A stretch of DNA of 64,000 nt from positions 313,316-377,315 of the forward strand of contig OZ246394.1 of the NCBI GenBank assembly GCA_965230895.1. The letters run 5' to 3'. Of the stretch, positions 10,249 to 19,759 are shown piece after piece (within the stretch, counting starts at the first letter, position 1; each line of letters begins with the position of its first letter). This DNA is from an uncultured Gammaproteobacteria bacterium (GTDB lineage: Bacteria; Patescibacteriota; Microgenomatia; Levybacterales; UBA12049). The translations under genes were made by a program, and so were the position numbers. The notes under the pieces were generated by a model. It was not told the DNA's origin. It worked only from the letters and a program-made list of their open reading frames with translations, and searched no databases.

Positions 10249-10812
10249 TTATTTTTTTGTAGGATATAACCATGGCCTTAATTGTCCAGTCACAAATGGC
10301 ATAACGACGTAAGTCATAAGAGGTGTAAGAATTGCGCTAAGAATAATAGGCCGTACCCACAATGGAACAAGGTGTAGATATGGTGCGACAAATGCTTGAA
10401 AGATCAGCCCTAACGGATAAATTCCCAACGCTGTAGCAATGACCATTTTCCAACGTGGCGGTGGTTTTATTGTGATACTTCCAGGTAAGGTAAACCATGT
10501 TTCTAAACCTGTTAACTGTTCTACTTTTTTGGGCTTATCCTGTTCTGTATAGAAAGAAACCTTTTCCAATAATTTTTGCCTAACCGAAGAATCTTCCCAA
10601 GCGGAGAAATGTTCGATCGTATCGAATTTATAAATCACTGTGTAGTGTTTGCCATTAGCTGCTGGTTTAATCCAATTAGCTCCAAGATGTCCTTCAAATT
10701 GTGCAGCAGCTTGTGTCGTCTTGTGAGCCCATTTTTCGAATTGCTTTTCCTTCCCCTTTTTCACTTTCCAAGTAAAGACAAGAGTAATAGGATCATTATT
10801 ATTATTTTTCAT
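10249..10812 (-). CDS. Antibiotic biosynthesis monooxygenase (ABM)-domain membrane protein
   Basis: ABM-like N-terminus, GLETWF..P, PPPRWKM, two C-terminal TM. Confidence 0.82.
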   Translation of the reverse strand: MKNNNNDPITLVFTWKVKKGKEKQFEKWAHKTTQAAAQFEGHLGANWIKPAANGKHYTVIYKFDTIEHFSAWEDSSVRQKLLEKVSFYTEQDKPKKVEQLTGLETWFTLPGSITIKPPPRWKMVIATALGIYPLGLIFQAFVAPYLHLVPLWVRPIILSAILTPLMTYVVMPFVTGQLRPWLYPTKK

Positions 10813-10819
10813 AGAAGCA

Positions 10820-10851
10820 AGAATATCAGATAGATGTGAATCCTTTGTAAG
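10820..10851 (-). promoter_or_regulatory. Direct-repeat box plus -10 element (leaderless-type promoter)
   Basis: Minus strand CTTACA-N5-TTCACA-N9-TATTCT-N7-ATG. Confidence 0.5.
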
Positions 10852-10854
10852 GAG

Positions 10855-12540
10855 TTAGAGAAGCTTTGGCTCGTTTTTAGGATTTAAATTAGCTTCTTCA
10901 ACTGCAAGTTCTTTCCCTGCTTCTTCAATCGGATCTGCATGATGGCTCTTTCTCAATGGGATTTCTTTCAAGAACAAACTGACAAAGAATGTAATAGCTG
11001 TAAGTATCGCTGCGATCAAAAATACTTCAGCAATTGATGTGGCAAAGATCGTCTTTGCCTTTTCAGCGAATTGACTAAATGCTGTCATTGCTTGCGCTTG
11101 AACTGGACCTGGAAGTGAGTTCAACTGCGCTTCAATTGCAGCTCTCCCGTCACCAGTTAAAATTCCTTGTAATTTATTTGCGTCCAATGTTGAAAGATTC
11201 ATGTTTGGATTTGTAGCACTCATTGTTTGGATAAATGGATCGTTCGTCAGTTCACTTGATTGGCGAGACAGACTACTATTGAGAACTCCACCAAGAACAG
11301 CTGTTCCTACTGTCGCTCCAACACTCCTAAATAACTGGATAGATGATGTCGCGACACCAAGTTTGGAATGATCGAATGCATTCTGTACAGCAAGATTAAA
11401 CACTGGCATTGTGACACCAATTCCAAGTCCCGTCAAAATCATTCGGATGATGAGTTCAGTATTTGTTGTCGAAATAGACATTTGTGATAAGAGGAACATA
11501 CCAATTGTGGCGACACCAATTCCAGATACCGCAATTATTTTATATCTTCCAGTTCTTGAGACGATCTGTCCTGTTGCAATACTTGCAAAAACCATTCCTA
11601 ACATCATTGGTGTTAAGATAGTTCCTGCATCCGTTGCGTTTGTCCCAAGAACAAGTTGTGAGAATAATGGGATATAAAGAATTGCACCGAACATCCCAAT
11701 ACCCATTAAGAAAATAATTATCATTGATACTGAAAAGATCGAATTCTTAAAGAGACTGAGTGGCAAAATTGGTTCTTTTACTCGTGTTTCTACGAAGGCA
11801 AACGAATAAAGGAAAATAATAGCATTTGCAAAGAGGGTAATAATTTGCCATGAATCCCAAGCATATTGGCTGCCACCCCAGACGAATCCAAGAAGGAGTG
11901 ATATTAAACCAACTGATAATAAGATTGCTCCGACATAATCAATTGATCGGTTTGCTCTTTCAGACTTAATCTTTGGCATGAGATATGCAACAACAAGAAA
12001 TGCGAGGATACCGAGTGGGATATTGATAAAGAAGTTCCAGCGCCATGATGCGTTATCAGTTAACCATCCTCCAAGGAGCGGTCCAATCACTGAAGAAAGA
12101 CCAAAGACAGCACCAAAAAGACCTTGCCATTTCCCCCGTTCTGCTGGTGGGAATAAATCACCAATGACAGTAAAAGCGTTTGCCATGATAGCGCCACCAC
12201 CAATACCTTGGATGGCACGAAACGCAATAAGTTGCCACATGTTTTGGGAAAAACCACTAAGGATAGACCCAATTAAAAAGATTACAATAGCGCCAAGGAC
12301 AAATCCTTTTCGTCCATAAATATCTGAAAGTTTTCCGTACACAGGAACAACGACAGTTGATGCTAACATGTATGATGTAACGACCCAACTTAAATGCTCA
12401 AGCCCATTAAGTTCTTTGACTATCTGCGGTAAAGCTGTTGCGACAATTGTTTGATCTAATGCTGATAAAAGCATCGCCAACATAGTCCCAAGCATGACTG
12501 CAATTTTTTGACCTCGTGTGATGTTTGCTAATGTACTCAT
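10855..12540 (-). CDS. MFS multidrug transporter, DHA2 (EmrB/QacA) family
   Basis: [31 protein letters not shown]; 14 TM. Confidence 0.94.
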   Translation of the reverse strand: MSTLANITRGQKIAVMLGTMLAMLLSALDQTIVATALPQIVKELNGLEHLSWVVTSYMLASTVVVPVYGKLSDIYGRKGFVLGAIVIFLIGSILSGFSQNMWQLIAFRAIQGIGGGAIMANAFTVIGDLFPPAERGKWQGLFGAVFGLSSVIGPLLGGWLTDNASWRWNFFINIPLGILAFLVVAYLMPKIKSERANRSIDYVGAILLSVGLISLLLGFVWGGSQYAWDSWQIITLFANAIIFLYSFAFVETRVKEPILPLSLFKNSIFSVSMIIIFLMGIGMFGAILYIPLFSQLVLGTNATDAGTILTPMMLGMVFASIATGQIVSRTGRYKIIAVSGIGVATIGMFLLSQMSISTTNTELIIRMILTGLGIGVTMPVFNLAVQNAFDHSKLGVATSSIQLFRSVGATVGTAVLGGVLNSSLSRQSSELTNDPFIQTMSATNPNMNLSTLDANKLQGILTGDGRAAIEAQLNSLPGPVQAQAMTAFSQFAEKAKTIFATSIAEVFLIAAILTAITFFVSLFLKEIPLRKSHHADPIEEAGKELAVEEANLNPKNEPKLL

Positions 12541-12541
12541 A

Positions 12542-12958
12542 TTATTTATTCAATAGTTTTTCCTGTATCGTAATTAACTGTTTTATTTCTTCCTTCGTTA
12601 GCTTTGATAGAAGTTCTTTCATTCTTTCCCGTTTTGCTTCTTTGCTATGCTTTAAGTGATCAAGCCCAGCTTGTGTTACTGAAAGAAGAATCACTCTTCT
12701 ATCATTGTCATCACCTTTTCGATCAATTAAACCACTCTTATGCATACGATCAATAAGTTGTGTTGTTGCTGAAAGAGATGCGTTAATGTGTTTTGCTACA
12801 TCACTTGATTTTGCATCAGGGTTACTTTCCAAAAAGCTTAATGTATGATATTGCAGTATAGTTGCAGTTCGTTCTTCAAACGTTTGATTCCCTGCCATTG
12901 CTACGTATTTTGCGATGTGTATTGTCTGAGAAATAATTGTATCTATATCGTTTTGCAT
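12542..12958 (-). CDS. MarR family transcriptional regulator
   Basis: wHTH, DRR.I.L..T..G motif; first gene of marR-MFS operon. Confidence 0.9.
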   Translation of the reverse strand: MQNDIDTIISQTIHIAKYVAMAGNQTFEERTATILQYHTLSFLESNPDAKSSDVAKHINASLSATTQLIDRMHKSGLIDRKGDDNDRRVILLSVTQAGLDHLKHSKEAKRERMKELLSKLTKEEIKQLITIQEKLLNK

Positions 12959-13006
12959 AATAGTTTATAACATAAATAGTTTATATCATAAATAATTATT
13001 TGTCAA
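12959..13006 (-). promoter_or_regulatory. Sigma70 promoter overlapped by tandem 16-bp putative MarR operator repeats
   Basis: TTGACA (13006-13001)-N17-TAAACT (12983-12978); AATAGTTTATAACATA / AATAGTTTATATCATA tandem. Confidence 0.7.
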
Positions 13007-13053
13007 CGACCTGGTTTACTTTTTATTAAAGAAGATATACTATATTCTCCCCT

Positions 13054-13704
13054 ATGGATAACGTTACGTATGTGAGATCGCGCAGAAGAAATTCAATTGG
13101 TATTCAGATTAAACCTGATGCTTCAGTTGTTGTAACGATTCCCTATCTCTTACCTAAATTCTTTGCTGAACGTTTCCTCAAAGAGAAAGAAGATTGGATT
13201 CGCGAGAAGCGACAATTGATGCAAGCGCGTTTGCCCCAAAAAGCAAAAAGTACATACTATTATTTAGGAAAAGAATATACACTGGGTGTTCCAACCGAGC
13301 CAAAAGAACTTGTTGAAGTTGGAGATAAGTTGTATGTAGCTAGTACAAATCCAAGTTTAATTAAAAAGTATTTAGAAAGTTGGTATAAGCAACAAGCAAG
13401 GAAAGTAATCTTTTCAAGAGTTGAACATTATGCAAAAATAGCAGGGCTCAGTTACCGATCAATTGCACTGACAAGTGCAGAAACTCGTTGGGGTTCTTGC
13501 AGCAGTCAAAAAACCTTAAACTTTAATTGGAAACTCATTATGGCGCCGCTTGAAGTTATCGATTATGTCGTCACTCATGAGCTTGCACATTTAACTGAAA
13601 TGAATCATTCAAGATCGTTTTGGGAAACAGTTCGCAAGATGTATCCTCTGTATCGGGAGCATAGAACATGGTTAAAAAGAAATGGGCATAATTTAACAAT
13701 ATAG
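13054..13704 (+). CDS. YgjP/DUF45 (M48/SprT-like) zinc metalloprotein
   Basis: RWGSCS, YVVTHELAHL..NHS..FW. Confidence 0.9.
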   Translation: MDNVTYVRSRRRNSIGIQIKPDASVVVTIPYLLPKFFAERFLKEKEDWIREKRQLMQARLPQKAKSTYYYLGKEYTLGVPTEPKELVEVGDKLYVASTNPSLIKKYLESWYKQQARKVIFSRVEHYAKIAGLSYRSIALTSAETRWGSCSSQKTLNFNWKLIMAPLEVIDYVVTHELAHLTEMNHSRSFWETVRKMYPLYREHRTWLKRNGHNLTI

Positions 13705-15222
13705 TTAGAAGCCGGGGAAGTAATCTGTGACAATCTGATTTCCTGAGACACCAAGTTTGTTTAATAATCGTTTATATGCATCGACCATAGCATTTGGCCC
13801 AGAAATATAAAATGTCCGATCTTTAAAGTCAGGCACTTCTTCAGTTAACATCTTTTCATCAATTCTTCCAACTTTGCCAGACCAATTTGCTGGGATCTGT
13901 TCTTTGTCGGTCAAAACATACACTGGCTTTAATCCAATCTCTTTTTGTGCAGCATCGAAGACATCTCGGTAAGCAATTTCATTTTCAGTTTTATTTGCAT
14001 AGAAAAGAACGATTGAACGACTCTCTTTTGTATCCATAAGATATTTAATCATACTTCGGAATGGTGTAATCCCGATGCCCCCTGCTATGAATACAAGTTT
14101 TTTATTTTTATCTTGCGGTAGAGTAAAATCTCCTGTTAACTGTGATGCAACAATAATATCTTTTTCTGAAAATTCTTTTAACTTATTTTTAAAACTACTC
14201 GCTTTTTCTTCAAGTCGTATTCCTAATCTTATATGTTTTTCTGTTGGTGAAGATGCAATTGTGAAGTAACGTCGATTTCCTCTGATATCAGCTTTTTTAT
14301 GCGGTAATGTCCATTCAAGATATTGTCCTGGTTTATAGTGAAGTGTTTGATTTGTTCTGAAGATATATTCAAACGTATTCTCCGCAACTTTTCTTTTCTC
14401 TTTAAATGTTAAGAACATCTTGGCCTTAGGGCTCACAATAAAAGAGAAAATATTTCCTAAAACTAAAGCAAGTTCTGGAGTTGAATAAATTGGACCAAAA
14501 CTAAATTGTGATCCAAAAAGGAATCCGACTAAAGCACCGTAGTACATTTGAAGTTTTTTTGTCGGAGGAGTCGTCAAAGGTTCAGTAAGCATAACTGTAC
14601 CGAAGAAAATAATTGGCCATGACTGGAAGGCTTCTATAATTGCTTGTTGTATCGCAATTCCATTGAGCATTTGAAAAATTCCTATAGTTACTACACTGAC
14701 ACCAAGGAACGTGAAGAAAAGATGAAAACGTCTAATCTTTCGTACTATTAATAAACCGATAATCAAAACAAATGGTAATAATATGTCACTTCCAATCCAC
14801 CAGAGAGCACTTCCGTTTCCCATAAGACCCATGATAAGTGCAGCTGATGCAGCTGGATTAAATATATGCTTTTTGTTTATAGCAAAGATATATTTCGTTG
14901 CCATTGCAATGGACCCTGCTGCGACCAGTGTTAAAGCATCATTGACTCCAGAGACAGGAAGATAGATAAAGAAAAGAATAAGGGATGTTATGCCATAAGA
15001 TTCTTCATTTGTTGGAGCATTCACAAGCTTAGCAAAAATGAAGTTACTGATATAACATGTCGCCAGAAGGATAAGCATTGAGGAAATGAGTTGGACTGGA
15101 TTATAGAAAAGAATTCCAGCAAAGCTTAGAACAATCGCAATAACTGCTAATAAGAGTAATCCATAAAGAACTACTTTATACATAGTATATTTATTAAGAA
15201 ATTCGTCGATTGTTCTCATCAT
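13705..15222 (-). CDS. NqrB/RnfD-like membrane domain fused to a ferredoxin-NADP reductase-type FAD/NAD(P) domain
   Basis: KHIFNPAA and TEPLTTP (RnfD-like); PGQY, RYFTIASSP, IAGGIGITPF, GPNAMV (FNR). Confidence 0.88.
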   Translation of the reverse strand: MMRTIDEFLNKYTMYKVVLYGLLLLAVIAIVLSFAGILFYNPVQLISSMLILLATCYISNFIFAKLVNAPTNEESYGITSLILFFIYLPVSGVNDALTLVAAGSIAMATKYIFAINKKHIFNPAASAALIMGLMGNGSALWWIGSDILLPFVLIIGLLIVRKIRRFHLFFTFLGVSVVTIGIFQMLNGIAIQQAIIEAFQSWPIIFFGTVMLTEPLTTPPTKKLQMYYGALVGFLFGSQFSFGPIYSTPELALVLGNIFSFIVSPKAKMFLTFKEKRKVAENTFEYIFRTNQTLHYKPGQYLEWTLPHKKADIRGNRRYFTIASSPTEKHIRLGIRLEEKASSFKNKLKEFSEKDIIVASQLTGDFTLPQDKNKKLVFIAGGIGITPFRSMIKYLMDTKESRSIVLFYANKTENEIAYRDVFDAAQKEIGLKPVYVLTDKEQIPANWSGKVGRIDEKMLTEEVPDFKDRTFYISGPNAMVDAYKRLLNKLGVSGNQIVTDYFPGF

Positions 15223-15225
15223 GTT

Positions 15226-16110
15226 TTAAGATCCGTAAAATATTTCTCCTGGAAAGCTTTTGGATTTTTCAAGAGACATATCCTTATACAGCATAGCATA
15301 ATCAAAAGTGAAGTGTTCAGAAAGTACCTCAGGTTTGGTGAAATAAAGAGCTGTTGCAAGAGCATCTGCTAAGATCGCTTTCTTCGCAATGACCCAAATT
15401 GAAGTTATCGAATCTGGAGAAGTATTTGTACGCGGATCAATTATATGATGGTAATTCCCCCACTTCCTCCGGTTTCCTGCAGATCCACAAATACTCCCGT
15501 TCGTAATATTTACTAAGCCAATAACTTGTTTGGGATTTGTCGGGTGTTCCAAACCAATTCGCAATGGGTCTTTGACAGCAGATTTATATAATATATCCCC
15601 TCCTGCGTCTATGCAGTATGAAGTCACTCCTTCCAATTCCAACATAACGCCAACGAGATCAACAATGTGCCCTTTTCCAGCAGCACCAAAATCAAGTATT
15701 GCTGGTTCTTTTAGCGTAAGCTTTGGGTATTTAAAATCAATGATGTCTTTCCAAAGTGGAGTTTGTCGAATAGTAGCTTTGGGCTTTAGCGAATAAGCTG
15801 CATCATAACCTAAATCTTCCATGACATTTCCGATGAGTGGCGTGAATGCACCATCAGTTGCTTTATAGAGTTTCTTATATAACGCGAAAAGCTCACGAGA
15901 ATCTGTAGGGAATAGTTCCTGTCCACCTTGTTTGGCCAACTTTGTGATAAGCGAATCTTTCCGAAATCTTGAATAAACTTTGTCATAGTCATCAATTCGT
16001 TGCTGAACTTTGTTTATAAAATCCTGTTTTGTTAGAGATGAATTATGTGCAAATATGTCGATAGTCCACGATGTCCCAATAGCTTCAAAGGAAAATTGTA
16101 ATACATTCAT
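15226..16110 (-). CDS. apbE: FAD:protein FMN transferase
   Basis: SRFR.DS, TDGAF.P, LDFGAAGKG..VD, DAGGD, HHIIDPRT, ADALATA. Confidence 0.92.
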   Translation of the reverse strand: MNVLQFSFEAIGTSWTIDIFAHNSSLTKQDFINKVQQRIDDYDKVYSRFRKDSLITKLAKQGGQELFPTDSRELFALYKKLYKATDGAFTPLIGNVMEDLGYDAAYSLKPKATIRQTPLWKDIIDFKYPKLTLKEPAILDFGAAGKGHIVDLVGVMLELEGVTSYCIDAGGDILYKSAVKDPLRIGLEHPTNPKQVIGLVNITNGSICGSAGNRRKWGNYHHIIDPRTNTSPDSITSIWVIAKKAILADALATALYFTKPEVLSEHFTFDYAMLYKDMSLEKSKSFPGEIFYGS

Positions 16111-16150
16111 AATGATAACTTTTCTATCCTAAACGTTTCTTTAATCATTT

Positions 16151-16516
16151 TCAATGGAGTTTTTTATCCTCGATATTCTCAAGATCTTCATCAGATAATC
16201 CAAAATGATGTCCAAGTTCATGAAGGATTGTCTCTCTGATATGCTCCTTAATTTTTTCTTGATCCGATGCAAGTGCAAGAATAGGTTCTTTAAATAAAGA
16301 AATTTTGTCTGGAAGTGAAGAATAATTCTCTCGTTCTGTTTTTGGAATGCCATGATACAGTCCGAGTAAATCGTATGGACTTTGGTACTCTCCAAGTTGT
16401 TCTTTTGAAGGCCAATCTTCGATAACTATTTCTACATTATCAATTTGGGATTGTAACTCCTGAGGTATTTCAGCGATTGCATCACGAACTATTTTTTCAA
16501 ATTCAGCAGTGGTCAT
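16151..16516 (-). CDS. Zincin-like metallopeptidase (Zincin_1)
   Basis: LLGLY.G.P, PDKI.LF, HELGHHFG. Confidence 0.88.
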   Translation of the reverse strand: MTTAEFEKIVRDAIAEIPQELQSQIDNVEIVIEDWPSKEQLGEYQSPYDLLGLYHGIPKTERENYSSLPDKISLFKEPILALASDQEKIKEHIRETILHELGHHFGLSDEDLENIEDKKLH

Positions 16517-16525
16517 ATGAAGTAT

Positions 16526-16789
16526 CTAGTGTGATCTCCAACGCTTAAGTTTTGGTATATATGTATTTGCTAAGTCCTTTGCATGTTTCTCGCGCATTCC
16601 AAGATCATGTACCATATTTTCGACAGATGTCTCAATCATATCTTCCATAGTAATATATGGATTTGTAAATGAACCATTGAGAAAACAAAATTTACAATAT
16701 TTATGATTTTCTGTGTGATCTTCGTTGGTTCCATAGAAACCATCTCCAAGGGGCATTCCACAACTTTGGCAACGAAATGTTAGATCCAT
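16526..16789 (-). CDS. Zinc-ribbon domain protein (Zn_ribbon_2)
   Basis: CQSCGMPL, YCKFC...G.F, P.LKRW. Confidence 0.85.
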   Translation of the reverse strand: MDLTFRCQSCGMPLGDGFYGTNEDHTENHKYCKFCFLNGSFTNPYITMEDMIETSVENMVHDLGMREKHAKDLANTYIPKLKRWRSH

Positions 16790-16825
16790 TTTGGTATTAT
16801 ACCACTTCGGGGAAATAGTTGGAAT

Positions 16826-17116
16826 TTAGTATTGCGCTTCTTGCATCGCGCGTTGAGCTTCTTGTTCTGCTACCATGGCCTGTTGTTGATAATACTCTAA
16901 ATCACTTTGTGCTCGTGCTTCTTCATCCTGGTAAGTTTTAGCTTGGTATCGTGCGTCTTCTGCCTGTTTTCTATACTGTTCACCCTGGTCATAGTAGGAC
17001 TGCGCTTGTTGATCGCTCTGTTCAGCATCCTTTATATAAGTAGCTTTACTTTGTGCTGCTTGTTCTCTTCTATACAATGCGTCTTCTATATAAGATCGTA
17101 AAGTAGTTAAGTCCAT
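16826..17116 (-). CDS. Hydrophilic Q/A/E/Y-rich helical protein, function unknown
   Basis: GGAGG SD 7 nt before ATG 17116; 96 aa, low complexity, coiled-coil-like. Confidence 0.7.
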   Translation of the reverse strand: MDLTTLRSYIEDALYRREQAAQSKATYIKDAEQSDQQAQSYYDQGEQYRKQAEDARYQAKTYQDEEARAQSDLEYYQQQAMVAEQEAQRAMQEAQY

Positions 17117-17123
17117 TGTGTAT

Positions 17124-17154
17124 CCTCCGCCTGCATATATCATATATGCGGAGG
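17124..17154 (-). promoter_or_regulatory. 5'-UTR hairpin occluding the Shine-Dalgarno sequence
   Basis: mRNA CCUCC-GCAUAUA-UGA-UAUAUGC-AGGC-GGAGG; anti-SD pairs with SD. Confidence 0.6.
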
Positions 17155-17223
17155 TGTCAAAAAAACATCAAATATATGTAAGATAAAAGTATGAAGCAAT
17201 AGTTAGAGAATTGTAAGGAAGAG

Positions 17224-17829
17224 TTAAGAATTAATAAGGTCTGATACGTCAATATATTTCTTCCAAAGCTTTTTTTGCGTCTTATACTTTTGGTAATCAT
17301 CCTTTTCGACAAGATGGGCTTTTTTAGGGTCTTCTAATTTATCAATAAATAATTTACCATTTAGATGGTCAATTTCATGCTGCAGAAGAATTGCTGACCA
17401 GCCGTTTAATGTAAGTTCTAACTCATTTCCTGACCTATCAAGAGCTCTCACTTTAATCTTCTTTGAGCGCTTTACGTATCCCCAAATTGTCGGCAAATTA
17501 ACGCAACCTTCACAATTTTCAACCATGGTTTTAGAGGACCATGTAATTTCAGGATTAATCAAAACATATAAATCACTATATCCTTTTCTTCCAATTGCTA
17601 GATCTACTATAGAAATTCTTTTCTTTATGCCAACTTGATTTGCAGAGAGACCGACAGTCATAGTTGCTGTGCGGTCCCGGGTTTTACCTTTATTATTGTT
17701 ACCATAGACATAATCAATCATCGCTTCAATTTCTTTTTGTACTGAGGTTTTTCGGAGATCTTTTTTCGCAATTGGTAAACATGGCTTTCTTAAAATTTTG
17801 TCATTCGGTTTCTGTACAGCTAAATTCAT
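17224..17829 (-). CDS. def: Peptide deformylase
   Basis: VGLSANQVG, EGCVN, QHEIDHLNG. Confidence 0.9.
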   Translation of the reverse strand: MNLAVQKPNDKILRKPCLPIAKKDLRKTSVQKEIEAMIDYVYGNNNKGKTRDRTATMTVGLSANQVGIKKRISIVDLAIGRKGYSDLYVLINPEITWSSKTMVENCEGCVNLPTIWGYVKRSKKIKVRALDRSGNELELTLNGWSAILLQHEIDHLNGKLFIDKLEDPKKAHLVEKDDYQKYKTQKKLWKKYIDVSDLINS

Positions 17830-17844
17830 GAGCTTATTATATCA

Positions 17845-18303
17845 TTATGGTCCATGATGACTCAGTGTTCTATCAATATTGTGGGTATTAATTGGTTTCC
17901 CTTTTTCAACAGATTCATGAGCTTGTTTGCTTGTCCTTAACATAGACGTAACAATTTGAATAACACTCATAAGCAAAATAACTAAGATGTTATAACAGAA
18001 ACCCGCTGTCATTGCTGATAGGTCGACTGCCATTTCACCGGGTATTATCTCATCTCTAAATCTTGGGAAAATTCCAACAAAAGGAAAAAGAAAAATATTA
18101 CTTATACCAAATATAAAACTTGCGAAACCATTGTTTGGGTCTGCGCCAAATAATCTAAGGAAGAAGCGAAGGAAGAGAAAAACATTCGATACCAGAAGAA
18201 AAATAAACAACCCACGGATTGCTTCCTTTCGGAGCATTTCCATTACCAACAATTCCTTCTGAGAAGTATTAAATGTTGGCATACGTGGTGTGAGAACTCG
18301 CAT
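17845..18303 (-). CDS. YggT-like membrane protein
   Basis: LRFFLRLFGA.P.N.FA..I...S..F..PF.GIF; paralog of 46753..47154. Confidence 0.7.
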   Translation of the reverse strand: MRVLTPRMPTFNTSQKELLVMEMLRKEAIRGLFIFLLVSNVFLFLRFFLRLFGADPNNGFASFIFGISNIFLFPFVGIFPRFRDEIIPGEMAVDLSAMTAGFCYNILVILLMSVIQIVTSMLRTSKQAHESVEKGKPINTHNIDRTLSHHGP

Positions 18304-18424
18304 ATTCTCCCCCTTTCAACCCTACAGTAGAGTATTTGTATGTGAAATCCATTAGACAATTACTCGAGAATTGTAAGAAAGAAATATCTTTACAACAGCA
18401 TATACACTTGCTATACCTTAAATA

Positions 18425-19222
18425 ATGAGATTTTTTGACAACTATATTAATGTCTTCTTCACAGTCTTTTTCATAGGAATGATGGTATGGTCAGGAATAT
18501 TATTTTTCAATGGTCAAAAAACTACTGATTGGAACTATCTATATAATGCTGGGTATTCTTTGTTATTTTTTACAGTAGGAATTATTGCTCTTTTCGGTGT
18601 ACGGTTGCATGGTCTAAGCAGTGCTGTCGGTAAAGAGCTTTTAAGTATAGCTTTGGCAATGCTTAGTTATTCAGTAGGATTATTTGTTTGGTGCTACTTT
18701 AATATATTGCTTCGAATAGAAACTCCATTTCCGTCAATTGCTGATTTCTTTTTTGTTCTTTATATCCCTTTCCTTGGATATGGAATTATCAGCTTGCTAA
18801 AAGCATTTGGTTTGCTTTATTCGAAACGGATCTTAGCAGAAACAATCGCTATTTTTGGAGTAGCAGCGATACTTATCTTTTTTGTCGGTAATCCTCCTGA
18901 TTTATCAAATGAGATACCTGCATTTGTTAAATCATTAAACATTTTCTATTTAATTGGTGATTCTTTCTTAATATCTCTTGGATATATGTTGATCAGGTTA
19001 ACTGGTGGGAGAATCCATGGGAGTTTTTTCTTTTTAGTTGGAGCTTTGTTTGCGATGTCGGCGGCGGATTTACTCTTCGGATATCGTACAAGTAACGGAA
19101 CATATTGGAATGGTGATATCACTGATATGCTTTTTGTCCTTTCTGGATTTTTATTTGGACTTGGAGTTACGAAAATTGTTTCAAGTCAATTAAGGATTGC
19201 CTCAGGAATTTCGAATAAGTAA
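18425..19222 (+). CDS. Multi-TM membrane protein resembling a stand-alone membrane sensor input domain
   Basis: 7-8 TM, PFPSIADFFF, AD..F.Y....G.Y..G...D. Confidence 0.6.
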   Translation: MRFFDNYINVFFTVFFIGMMVWSGILFFNGQKTTDWNYLYNAGYSLLFFTVGIIALFGVRLHGLSSAVGKELLSIALAMLSYSVGLFVWCYFNILLRIETPFPSIADFFFVLYIPFLGYGIISLLKAFGLLYSKRILAETIAIFGVAAILIFFVGNPPDLSNEIPAFVKSLNIFYLIGDSFLISLGYMLIRLTGGRIHGSFFFLVGALFAMSAADLLFGYRTSNGTYWNGDITDMLFVLSGFLFGLGVTKIVSSQLRIASGISNK

Positions 19223-19228
19223 CTCTGA

Positions 19229-19669
19229 TTAATTATTGGTCTTTACTTGTGAAGCTATAACTTTTACAAGTATAGTTTGAAGTTGTTTCTGTTCGGTCTT
19301 TGTAAGTACTTTCAAAAGTTCGGGTTCGTATTCACTAAATGCCTGCGTTATTTTCGCACAAAGCTTTATGCCCTTTGCTGTAAGCGTAATCATTTTTTCT
19401 CGTCTATCCTTGGGATTCTCTTCCCTTTTTATATAGTCCTGGTGAAGTAATCGGTCAACAATCCCTGTTACATTTGAAGCATCGCAATGAAGGGTTGCTG
19501 AAAGTGTATTCATTGGGATTGAATTGTCAGAGTCTAAAAGGCATAGCGTATAAAGCTGCATAACAGTTAATCCATTCTTTTCAGCAAGATTCATTAAATT
19601 GTGCTTTGCCGCAATTGCTACACGAAATAACTGCCAATATAGATTGTCTTTAAAATTAGAGCTTGTCAT
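19229..19669 (-). CDS. MarR family transcriptional regulator
   Basis: CDASNVTGIVDRL, DRR...I.LT.KG; divergent from the MFS gene. Confidence 0.92.
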   Translation of the reverse strand: MTSSNFKDNLYWQLFRVAIAAKHNLMNLAEKNGLTVMQLYTLCLLDSDNSIPMNTLSATLHCDASNVTGIVDRLLHQDYIKREENPKDRREKMITLTAKGIKLCAKITQAFSEYEPELLKVLTKTEQKQLQTILVKVIASQVKTNN

Positions 19670-19703
19670 AGTAATTATTATACGCCAAATCTCTTACAGA
19701 TTC

Positions 19704-19756
19704 AATAGTTGACAATATAAATAGTTAAGATCTATAATAGTTGATGTTCTAAACTA
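19704..19756 (+). promoter_or_regulatory. Consensus sigma70 promoter with three 16-bp-spaced AATAGTT repeats (putative MarR operator)
   Basis: TTGACA (19709-14)-N18-TATAAT (19733-38); AATAGTT at 19704, 19720, 19736. Confidence 0.75.
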
Positions 19757-19759
19757 ATT

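Noticed and set aside
17224-17829. Inactive peptide deformylase
   Set aside because: Motifs 1 and 2 deviate (TVGLSANQ, EGCVN), but the metal ligands (Cys, HEXXH) and Gln are intact.
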